Of a stretch of 64,000 bases of DNA, positions 42,601 through 53,452 are shown piece by piece. The DNA comes from Octopus vulgaris. Lineage: Eukaryota. Under the pieces are notes generated by a model, which saw only the letters and a list, made by a program, of their open reading frames with translations, did not search any database and was not told where the DNA came from. Made by a program: the position numbers and the translations under genes. Position 1 is the first letter of the stretch. Every line of letters starts with the position of its first letter. Where the stretch lies: assembly GCA_951406725.2 (NCBI GenBank), contig OX597814.1:168020001-168084000 (forward strand), read 5' to 3'.

Positions 42601-45600
42601 CAACGAAGTTAACTCAAGTTGGCTTCAGTTAAGTTGTAACAGAAGTTAATTAGTTTGATAATGATTTCCAAAGTTAACTTAAAAGTTAAATCGTTAACGA
42701 AAATGTTAACTTCGTTAATTAATGATTAACAGTTTGGTACCCAGGTTTAGAGTTAACCATATAAATTATTGCTTTTTGTGTAGTAAATTGTTAGCTTTTA
42801 TGAATGGAGCAGAGTAGTTAACAAACGAAATTCAGTAAACCATGTCAAACTTGCACTTATCCAACACTGAGGAACAACAGTTGGCATTTCCTTCTTAATA
42901 ATGGCACAACTCTTAGTAACCTATTTAGTGTTTCTGATCTGATTCTTAGTTATTCTTAATGTTAAGGTAAGTTATCAATATTTAACAACCCAGTCCTTGA
43001 ATCATAGATAAAATTTGGAAGACAAAAGGATGAACACAACTCTATTTTTTCTTCTACTTTACTATCTTTGGATCTTTTTGGTTTGAATGGCAGTTTTTAA
43101 CATAATTTCTAGGTAACTAAAAAACTTTAAACTTCGTATACTGGTAGAATGTGTTTATAAAACATCTTTTTCTCTTGGCTTTATTGAGAAAATTTTATAG
43201 TTTGTAAGATATTTGTTGTTTTTTTCTTCAATTTCTGCAATTTCAACCAATCACTGACGTCCATTGAGGTAAACAACATTCTGTGCTGTATGAATATGTC
43301 CCTCGTTTAAAAAACAGATTGGGTTTATTTACATTTGTGAAGAAAAAAAGATACCCTTCACCTAACCTTAAAATAGATTGAAATGCAATAGATCGATACT
43401 AGGGTCATAATTATGGGTGACAATTTCATGACACCAGAAAAAACTGTCATTCAAAGCGAAAAAGATCCCTATCTTTTAATGTATTGAAACAGAATTATTA
43501 TAAATCAGCTCACTTATTTTAACCTTTTGTCTTTTTCAGTTATGCCAAGCAATAATTTTGTTAACTGGACACAATGGACTTGTACAATCAGCTGCATTTT
43601 CAGCCACAACAAAATGGATAGTAAGTTGTGTCTCTCTGCATATATATTTTGTTGTTGATGCCTATATATATATATATTTTGCATATATATTTTGTTGTTG
43701 ATGTCAGTTCTGACTGATTAGTTCTATGATCTAAAGTATACCAACAGAACCACCTCATCCTCTCAAACTTGCATTTTTAGGTCTATATTATTGCTTGACA
43801 ACCGATGCTGGTGTGTTTACATCCCCGTAACTTAGTGGTTCAGCAAAAGAAACCGATACAATAAGTACTAGGCTTACAAAGAATAAGTCCTGAGGTCGAT
43901 TTGCTCGACTAAAGGTGGTGCCCCAGTCAAATGACTGAAACAAGTAAAAAAGAATATATATATACATCAAATATCATTAAGTAAGGAAATGGAGATTTAA
44001 TGGATATAAATTAATTTATTAACATTTTTAATAAGGCCTACAATTGTTTCAATTCACTCTCAATACAAATCACAAAATAAGTTTGCATTTAGAATATTTA
44101 GAGTAAAATACCTTCAGGACCAATGGACATAAAGGAAACTACATGTTGATTAATTGATATTCTTCAACAGACTAAGTAGATGAAGATATGTTTAATTTTG
44201 TGTGTGTGTGTGATTGTGTGTTAACAATTTTATATATCATCATCATCATTTAGCGTCCGCTTTCCATGCTAGCATGGGTTGGACGGTTCAACTGGGGTCT
44301 GTGAAGCTGGAAGGCTTCGTCAGGCCCAGTCAGATCTGGCAGTGTTTCTACGGCTGGATGCCCTTCCTAACGCCAACCACTCCGTGAGTGTAGTGGGTGT
44401 TTTTTACGTGCCACCTGCACAGGTGCCAGACAGAGCTGGCAAACGGCCACGAACAGACGGTGCTTTTACGTGTCACCGGCACGGGGGGCCAGGCGAGGCT
44501 GGCAATGGACACAAACGGATGGTGCTTTTACGTGCCACCGACACGGGGCCAGACAGAGCTGGCAAACGGCCACGAACGGATGGTGCTTTTACGTGTCACA
44601 GGCACGGGGCCAGGCGAGGCTGGCAACGGACATGAACGGATGGTGCTTTTACGTGCCACCGACACGGGGGCCAGACAGAGCTGACAAACGGCTACGAGCG
44701 AATGGTGCTTTTACGTATCACCGACACGGGTGCCAGACGAGGCTGGTAGCGAACACGAACGGATGGTTCACTTAACCACTGCTTTCTGATATATGATTTG
44801 ATTTTGATTGTTCTCACTGGTCTTGCCGGGTCTTCTGACGCACAGCATACTTCCATAGGTCTCGGTCTCTGGTCATTTCCTTGGAGAGACCTAGAGTTCG
44901 AAGGTCATGCTTCACCACCTCGACCCAGGTTTTCCTGGGTCTACCTCTTCCACAGGTCCCCTCAACTGCCAGAGTGTGGCACTTTTTCACACACCTATCT
45001 TCATCCATTCTCGCCACATGACCATACTAGCGCAATCGTCTCTCTTGCACACAACATCTGATGCCTCTTAGGTCCAACTTTTCTCTCAAGGTACTTACAC
45101 TCTGTCGACTATGAACACTGACATTACACATCCAACGGAGCATACTAGCTTCATTTCTTGCGAGCTTAACAAAAAAAAAAAGAGAAAAGAAAAAAAGAAG
45201 GGAAAAAAAGGAAGCTGCACGTATAGTATGTAACTTAGAAGCAGCACTATGGATGTACCAGCACACATGAGATTGAGACATGGCTGACCTCACACACTTC
45301 TCATGAGGAATTCTGGAAGGAGCTTCGTGAGACCACTGCTGAGACACTTCCACAAAAAAGAAGAAAAAAAAAAGCTGTTGTTGGAAAACCGATTATAGCA
45401 GCGACTCCATCTAAGAATATCTGAAGAGGGAATATTATTCCGAAATATCATATCAGACTATGGATGACTAAATTACAACAGGTATATAGCCCATTGTCTG
45501 TATTATAGTGCACTGTTGTACCATTCAAAACTTTTTATTATTTATATAAAATATATATCTGTTGGAGAATCTCAATTGATCAACATGTAGTTTCCTTCAT

Positions 45601-48600
45601 GTTCATTGGCCCTGAAGATAATTTACTCTCAATTTTCAAAATACAAACATATTTTATTCTATAGGCTTGTAATTTGTATTGAGTGTGAATTGAAACAATT
45701 GTAGGCCTTATTAAAAATGTTAATAAATTAATTTATATACATTAAATCTCTCCATTTTCTTGCTTAATGATATTTGATATTTATGATATACCGATTTTTA
45801 TACTGAAGATATATTTCTCAACAATATAATATATTTAACCAGTGTGACTTGGTTGAAACCATCTCTATAAGAGGTTTATATGTCCTCAAAGTGACTATAT
45901 ATATATATATATATATAGGCATCTGTGCTAGTGGAGCACTAAGAGCATGATTGTTGCCAGAGCAGCTAACTGGCTTCCGTACTGGTGGCATGTATAAAGC
46001 ACCATTTGAGCGTGGTTGTTACCAACATCGCCTTACTGGCACTTGAAAAAACATTCGAGCAAGGTCGTTGCCAGTGCCACTGGGCTGGCTCCTGTGCAGG
46101 TGGCATGTAAAAAACACCATTTGAGCGTGGTCATTGCCAGTACCGCCTGACTGGCCCTCATGCTGGTGGCACGTAAAAACACCCACTACACTCTCGGAGT
46201 GGTTGGCGTTAGGAAGGGCATCCAGCTGTAGAAACTCTGCTATATCAGATTGGAGCCTGGCGCAGCCATCTGGTTCGCCAGTTCTCAGTCAAATCGTCCA
46301 ACCCATGCTAGCATGGAAAGCGAACGTTAAACGATGATGATATATATATATATATACGATGGGCTTCTTTCACTTTCGGTCTACCAGATCCACTCACAAG
46401 GCTTTGGTTGGCCTAAGGCTATAGCAGAAGACATTTGTCCAAGGTGCCACGCTGTGGGATTGAGTCTGGAACCACGTGGTTGGGAAGCAAGTTTCTTACC
46501 ACACAGTCATGCCTGCACCTACAGGCCTTTGTATACACATAATTGTTTTGTCTTGTTCTCTTAAGAATTACAAAAGATGTAAATGATTAAATTTCTCATA
46601 ATTTTTTGCTTTGTTAAATCTGCATTAAAGGCAACTGGATCTTGGGATTTTAGCATTCGAATTTGGAATTTGGATGAAGAATCTTCTAAAGAGAATGCGT
46701 CTAATATGAGCCAATTGTCAAGATCTGACTTGAGGAAAAAGAAGAATCTGAAAGCTGATGTATTCCCACTAAAACCCAAACCAAATCATCTTCTTCAGAA
46801 GCACAAAGGAAATGTTCATACTGTGGCATTCTCTGGAAATGATTTACTGGTAAACATATTCAATGTATAATCACTCATACAGTAGAAAAGTAGATTGAAA
46901 TAAGAACAATTTATACATTTCTGATGACAATAGTACAAATAAAATACAGAAATAATTTTTTTTTTAGTCAGTGGCCTCAGAGCATGGTAGAGAAAAGGAA
47001 GGATAAAACCATGACTTGGGGTTTGTCTTCATACTAGAAACATCTCTGAATGCTTCAAACAGAATGGACCCCACTAAAAGGCATCCAGGGGCTAGAGTTA
47101 ATCCATTAGCATTCAGAATACTCTGTCAAATGTTATGCCTTTTATTCACATTTGTTTTGAACTAATCAGGCATTATCTCCTAGCTTCAAGATTTTGACGA
47201 TATTATTATTTTTAAAAATGACATTGTAGGGTAGGTGTGAGGCCAGATCTGAACATAAAACAGGTGGAATATTTTTAGCCAGATGTGGTTGGTTCAAATA
47301 CTAAATCTGAAAATACTTTAGGTCTGTTCTCCTCAGTCCTCCCGATTAAACAAACAACACTTTGGTTAACTAAGTTCCAGGGCAGTGGGATCTAACCTAG
47401 AAAAAACTACGTTAGTGAAGCAAACTTCTCATCTAAGAATTCTAATTTTGGCACAAAGCTAGCAATTTTAAGGGAAGGGGCATGCTTATTACATCAACCC
47501 CAATACTTGACTGTTACTTTATTGTATTGACTTTGAAAGAATGAAAGGCTAAGTTGACCTTGGCAGAATTTGAACTCAGATCGTAAAGACAGACGAAATA
47601 CTGTGAAGCATTTCGTCCGGCATTCTAACGATTCTGCCTTGAATGACAAATTTGTAATTCTTTCCTAAATAAATCTATGCTTAGTATGGGTTACATATTT
47701 CCTAAGAAACTTGATTCCTTCCTCATATTGGATAAACTGTCTCCATCATATATCCTCTGAACATAGCTTTAGATTAAGTAAATTAACCAAGTATGCTTCT
47801 GTCTGGATCAGTGGTTCTCAACTGGGATCCATATAAGATTTTGTTGTTAAAAATTATGTGCAATAAATTGGTTATACTTTAAGAATTTTTAAAATTACAA
47901 TTCCTAATAATATTTAATTAAAAAATATAATTGGACTTTTTAACCACTGAATGGCTATGGAGGTCCAGTTAACTAAAATATAAATCAAAGGCATCCACAG
48001 GCAAAAAATAGTTGAGAACCACTGGTCTAGATTATCAGGCTTGTAGTATGGACACAAAGTCTTAGTTTAAATTCTTAACATAAGGTCAGGCCCTGATAAA
48101 GCAAAGACATTCCACTTTTGACCATCCCCCTTTTTTTCAGATATACTGTCTGGTACTACACTATCTAATGTATCTTTTTTGTAAAGATATAATTTGAGAG
48201 ATTTAACTGTTATTTTAGCAGGTCTAGAGACTCCGTTGTTTAACCTTAGAGTGGCCCTGATCAAGTAGACCTATCATCATAGTCATTCAAGCTATGACTA
48301 TCTTTTTCTTTTCAGGAATAACATAAATGTACCCAGGACTACATTATATACAATTTGTCCTTTTTAAAGTAGTGTTTCAATTTTAGGAAAATTTGGTTTA
48401 ATTCGAGCTCCTTTCATTATCTCAAATATTTACCAGTGAAAAAACAAAATGTACACTAAATATAATGCCCCTGTGTGGCAACTCAATGTCCTTAATTCTC
48501 TCATTTCTCATTGTGAAGGCAAGTGGTTCCTGGGACAAAACAGTATGCTTGTGGGATCCACTGAAGGGTCAGCTACTACACTGTCTTCAAGGACATGATG

Positions 48601-49499
48601 GCTGGGTACAAGTTGTAGCATTTTCTCATGATAATCTCTATGTGGCAAGTGCATGTGAAGATGACACCATACGAATTTGGGTTGTTGAAAATGGGAAATG
48701 CTGCAAGGTTCTTGCGGTGAGTTCATTAACCAGTTTACAGCAGCACACATTTTTCTTTTTTTCTACGCTATCTGTAAACAGAATAGGTCTGTAATGGATT
48801 CCTAACTTGTCCATTTCTGAAACTATTAAACATTTTCTGATCTGATTAAATCTCACTATTTTTTGGTATCTCTCCATTCATCATTATAATGGATGATACA
48901 TCAATTTTGCTACATGTTCAAAGAGAGCATTTTCACAAATCTTGGGTAAATAGTTATTCTGTTTATCCATGCTGGTATGATTTAGACAAAACTTATTCAT
49001 GCAGATTTTCTACAGCTGCTCGTCAATAATCCTTACTATGGTTGTAGGGTTACAAATTGTTCCATGCTCAAACCCTCTATGACATCTTATGAGTCTTCTA
49101 AGTCTTTAATCAAACAATGCCATGAGTGGAACTGGTAGTTGGAAACTGATAAAACACTTTGGCCTTTTGTGTAAATCTCAGCTGTTTCCTCTGGGAAGCA
49201 TGTCTGCTTATTCCTTACATGCATATATATATGTAAATCTTTGTAATATTTACATAATTCCAGGTGGTAAACATGACAATTTTCTAAATTCACCTCCCAT
49301 CAAGAAGCTTCAATCTTTTCTGTGGAAAATTTATTGATGTGGAGATATGATTAAATAACAGACAAGTATATTAACATATTCAATTGCTCTTTTTTTGCAG
49401 ACTAAAACAGAAACAGTACAGCTGTGTGTTTTCACTCCACATGGTACTCTTGTAACATCAGGAACTAACAGTGCAACAAGTTCCTGCCACACACATTAA
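33389..49499 (+). CDS. WDR38: WD40-repeat protein, WDR38-like (332 aa, 8 exons)
   Basis: Exons 33389-33454, 34528-34648, 35402-35518, 36442-36539, 43540-43620, 46631-46849, 48519-48716 and 49401-49499 splice GT-AG into a 999-nt ORF with about 7 GH...WD repeats. [32 protein letters not shown] and [14 protein letters not shown] resemble recalled human WDR38. AATAAA lies at 49505-49510. The WD40 call is firm; the orthology is less certain. Confidence 0.8.
33990..34462 (-). mobile_element. C-terminal fragment of an RLE-type (R4/Dong-like) non-LTR element in WDR38 intron 1
   Basis: Minus strand reads [22 protein letters not shown]...ISCP...KENTYAEL...IPVIIGALG, the PD-(D/E) restriction-like endonuclease signature. 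It sits next to a (TATG)n tract. Confidence 0.7.
37567..37937 (+). mobile_element. tRNA-derived SINE (copies at about 16049-16398, 7428-7570, 15340-15490, 43790-43953, 46355-46515 - and 52167-52456)
   Basis: A/B-box-like head (tggctgtgtggtaag...gggttcgttccc), shared body ggatttggtagacggaaactgaaagaagccc with (TA)n/(TG)n, and tail ggccacagtcaaatgactgaaac. Confidence 0.8.
38121..40953 (+). mobile_element. 5'-truncated RTE-clade non-LTR retrotransposon (RT domain, 3' UTR, (GAT)n tail) in WDR38 intron 4
   Basis: ORF 38071-39888 carries RT motifs [47 protein letters not shown] and FRYLG. There is no endonuclease domain. A premature TAA lies at 39886-39888, where the sister copy reads on as RKTW. 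The tail is (GAT)n. Confidence 0.93.
40953..41182. mobile_element. Second TTAA-flanked piggyBac-like MITE family (sister copy about 13600-13820)
   Basis: ttaacacttttgttac...gtaatgaaagggttaa; the internal sequence is nearly identical to 13620-13820. Confidence 0.7.
43070..43468. mobile_element. MITE with about 28-bp TIRs and a perfect 8-bp TSD (Merlin/MULE/hAT-type)
   Basis: TIRs ggatctttttggtttgaatggcagttttt and aaaaactgtcattcaaagcgaaaaagatcc, with CTATCTTT duplicated on both sides. Confidence 0.8.
43964..45780. repeat. About 210-bp inverted repeat arms (43964-44172 and 45558-45780) enclosing the minus-strand RTE fragment
   Basis: atcaaatatcattaag...aaggcctacaattgtttcaattcac...ggaaactacatgttgat is found as its reverse complement in the right arm. 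Confidence 0.85.
44237..45168 (-). mobile_element. 3' fragment of the same RTE family in WDR38 intron 5
   Basis: Encodes [19 protein letters not shown]...[21 protein letters not shown]..., nearly identical to the element at 39650-40000. It is followed by the tandem-repeat 3' UTR and (GAT)n tail. Confidence 0.9.
47809..48024. mobile_element. hAT-Charlie-like MITE
   Basis: TIRs cagtggttctcaact and agttgagaaccactg; 8-bp TSD gtctggat/gtctagat. Confidence 0.8.
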
Positions 49500-49970
49500 A
49501 GCAAAATAAAATTATACAAAACATAAAATTACTTGTTCCTTATTGTTTCAGTCCACCACTCACAACCAACAAAAATCTCAAATCACAGGAAAATTCACCG
49601 CCTATTTTATATTCCTTATGCCTATCTAGAAAATAACTGCAAGAGATCAAAATAGATTATATAACACTATTTAGTGATGTTAATGACACCCCCACACCAA
49701 AATCTGTGACCATGTGTTTATGCTATTAATTTCTATATGCAAAGTAATCAAAGTTTGAAACTGAACATTATGTATGAAGAAAATTTGCCCCGACACCATT
49801 TGCGTTAATTCATTTAACAGTTGCACAGCCAATTAAATGGCAGAATGGTTCTACTAAGCAAGAAAACAGTTTACAATTTTGGTACTTCTAACATCAATTT
49901 TAGGAAAGGATGAAAATACAACAAAAGAACATTTTTTTTCCCAATTTCAATTTATTTTAAAAGAATACAT

Positions 49971-52206
49971 TTACTTCTTCTTGGCCACACCAACAGTCCT
50001 ACCACGACGACCGGTTGTTTTAGTGTGCTGACCTCGGACACGCAAACTAAAAATAGAAAAGAATGTGATGTTTCAACAACTTCAAAACATATGCATGAGA
50101 ATTCTTACATTTTATTAAAAAAGAAAAAAACCCACAATAGTCATTATTATTGCAGTATTAAGTTCATGGACTTTTTTTCAAATCATGCTAGATGTATGTC
50201 TCTAGAGAGGAAACACCCGAAATCTTGTTAATCAAACTGCAGTTAAGATTTATCCAATTATATAAAACTATCAAACAAACCAGGAGCATGAGATTCTAGT
50301 TTCCCCAATAAAAAAAAAATGGATACTACTATCATGGCAAGTAGACTAACAATATTTAACAGATTTCTTCAAAATATCTGATTAAGTTCTCTTATAGACA
50401 AGTTATCCATGTCAGCTAAACATATGCAATTTACTTTTACACAACCAGACTCCTCCAACGTGTAATCTTAGCATATCAGCAACATGCTATCTTAAAACAT
50501 TTCCAATAAAAAATATACTGACCCCCAGAAATGACGCAGACCACGATGAGCTCTGATCTTTTTTAACCGCTCCAAATCTTCACGCAACTTGTTGTCAAGA
50601 GCATTTGCCATAATTTGACTGTATTTTCCATCTTTAATGTCCTTCTGTCTGTTAAGGAACCAGTCAGGAATTTTGTACTGACGAGGGTTTGACATGACTG
50701 TTAAAACTCTATCAACCTGAAATAAAAAAACAAGCAGCATTACTAACACAACTCTGAAATAGTTTAGTTGACATCAAAGAATGATTATAGAAAAGGCATT
50801 ATCCCATCATGAATAGTTGTCAGATTCAATTTAGATGCAGGCAACTACACTGTAATGAAGTCAAATTATCAAAAACTAAATTTTTGGTTCATGAATAACA
50901 GATCCAAAATGAAATTTACATTTGACTAAATTATGAATTATATGCACAAGGTTCCTAGGTATAAGCTTTCTTTATCTCTCCCTTTTAGCTTGCCCAAGAT
51001 TTGTACTGCTTTCGCCTCACTCATCAATCAGCATTGAAAATCCATGGACAATCTTTCGTTTTGACTCGAAATAATGTAAACAATGAATTCGGTCGTTTCC
51101 GTGACCACATGTTGTCTTGTCAACTGTCAGTTGGGAAGAGAAAGCTAATGGGTTGTGTGTGCGCCCTTATTCTTGTTCTTCTGTGTATGTGTGTGTTGGT
51201 TCTGTTTTTATGTATTTATATGTTGTGGAATGTAGAAATAACAGAGGAACAAACAAATCAAAACGATAGATCGCCCATCCATGTCCTGATGGATCTTTTC
51301 ACCCACCAGCACTATTGAGGTTGTTTTATGCCAGTGGACAAGGGGAATGAGACACAATGCATGTTCGTGTAGGGGAGTTACATAGCCACTCAAACTTTCT
51401 AGAAAAGGGCGAGAAAGGGAAAACATATACAATTCTTCATAGGGAAATAAAGAAAAAACTGGAATTTTTACCTCCTCTTCTGTCATTTCACCAGCACGTT
51501 TATTTAAATCAATATTGGCCTTTTTACAAACTACATTGGCAAATCGTCGTCCAATACCCTAAAGAAAACAAAACAGCGTAAATTTATTCGAATGAACAAA
51601 CATTAAGCATCAAATCCAAAACGTTTTAGAGAGAAAAAAGCAGCAAAAATTAAGTGAAATAGCTGTAAATTCCAAGCCTTACCTTAATGGCAGTAATAGC
51701 AAACATCGACTTCCTACGACCGTCGATGTTCGTATTCATAATACGCAGAATATGCTGAAACTTCTCTGGGATTACGAGCGACTGAAAGTAAAAAGAAAAC
51801 GTGTAAATTTAATGGTAGAGAGGGTTGGATATGTAGTACCCAATTCTTTAGTTTGGTAAATTCGTAGCTAACCAGTTTTGAAGCTTAAATCATTCTTTCT
51901 CATGTAGGATTTTAGAGGCGCCGTTTTCGGATTGTGTATGCGATTTATTACAAGCATTCGCACGAATAGTTTAACCATGCAACGGAAGACTATATTAACA
52001 AACCATACCTTGATTAAAAACAATATGCAACACAAACCAAAATGTACGTGAGGAGCATTTTCATTCGTGATAAATTGCTAAAAAAAAGTCACCCATTTTG
52101 TTCAATTCCAGATCACTGAGTCAAAACGATTCCATTTTTATTTTCTATACGAGGGATATTTAGATCTTGTGAGTGGATTTGGTAGACGGAAACTGAAAGA
52201 AGCCCG

Positions 52207-52258
<52 letters not shown>

Positions 52259-53403
52259 TTAATTGTTTGTCCCTCCAACATCGCTTGACAACCGATGCTG
52301 GTGTGTTTACGTCCCCGTAACTTAGCGGTTCGGCAAAAGATACCGATAGAATTTAAGTTCTAGGCTTACAAAGAATAAGTCCTGGGATCGATTTGCTTGA
52401 CTAAAGGCGGTGCTCCAGCATGGCCACAGACAAATCGTTGAAACAAGTAAAAGAAATTGAGCCGTCACGTAGGTTTTCCCAATAACCTCGAACTTCTTAT
52501 CAATATGGCTTTCGTATACAAACAGAAACCATCATACAGTTTTTTCTAAAGAATAAACAATGCTACAGATGTTTTCAAGTATTAAATATTTAACAAGGGC
52601 AGTAATGTTTAATTCAATTTAGTTATTCCACCCGACTATTCATGTGTGGACGACGAAACGAAATCCTACATGTTGCTAAAAGGGAGCACGGCTTCCGAGT
52701 GGTTTAAACGAAGTATTGTAATATTTAATTTTACAATTTATATTAGATAATATTAATATGGCAGGTAAAAGACCTGCTGGAAGCTCAAACTACACTGGAC
52801 TAATGAAGGGTTTTCTTTAAAAAAAGCACTAGAGTACGGTGCGTGGCAGCAGAATAACTTTCTCAGGTTTTATCTCTTACAGATTGAAATTGAATCTGTA
52901 CGGGCTTTGTGGGTGGAAATTTTTAATAATAGGATATTAGTAACTTGAAAACCAGAAATTTCAAATTCAAGCAATAATTTCACCACGTGAAGAAATTGTG
53001 CTCCGTATACTTTACAGATTAATCTAAGGCAATATTCCAGGTGCACGAAAACACCAGTTTTCTTTTAGTGAGAGAAATAAATTTTAGAGATTATAAATTC
53101 GATAAAAGGGAATATAAGCAATATACAATAAAGTGAAGTAGATATATTCATTAAAAAAATGTACAATTTTGTTTGAAAATAAATTTATGGTAGACACATG
53201 ATGGCTGGGACACAAATGTAAGGCGGTAATATTTTAAGTAATACTCAGTAATAAATAAACAATTGATTGTTACCATAATATTGAATCTTGCACAAAATGG
53301 ATATCAAATAGTAAATACGACGTTTTTCTTGAAGATGAATTCACTAAATTATTAAGATTATAAAGGATAAAAGCAGAGATATATCGAATCACCAACTTAC
53401 CAT
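49971..53403 (-). CDS. RPS18: 40S ribosomal protein S18 (uS13), 152 aa, 5 exons
   Basis: Minus-strand exons: 53401-53403 (ATG followed by gtaagt), 51683-51781 ([24 protein letters not shown]...), 51472-51558 ([29 protein letters not shown]), 50523-50716 ([26 protein letters not shown]...RHFWG) and 49971-50046 ([24 protein letters not shown]). Total 459 nt. A polyA signal lies on the minus strand at 49951-49956. Confidence 0.97.
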
Positions 53404-53452
53404 GGTTGCAGTTTACCGGAAAAGGAAGTTTGATTGTTCACGTGACTTAAAG
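53399..53452. promoter_or_regulatory. Compact bidirectional promoter/5' region shared by RPS18 and VPS52: TOP tract, ETS-like core and E-box/CLEAR-like motif
   Basis: Minus strand CTTCCTTTTCC (53418-53428) lies just 5' of the RPS18 ATG, as expected for a TOP/TCT initiator. GGAAGT is at 53424-53429 and TCACGTGAC at 53438-53446. Confidence 0.75.

Noticed and set aside
44400-44760. Repeat-spacer appearance resembling a CRISPR array
   Set aside because: The spacers are homologous to one another, the array is part of the RTE 3' UTR, the context is eukaryotic and there are no cas genes.
52088-52100. Alternative RPS18 start caaaATGggtgac
   Set aside because: It would give the wrong phase for exon 51683-51781 and has no TOP tract; the site at 53401-53403 fits fully.
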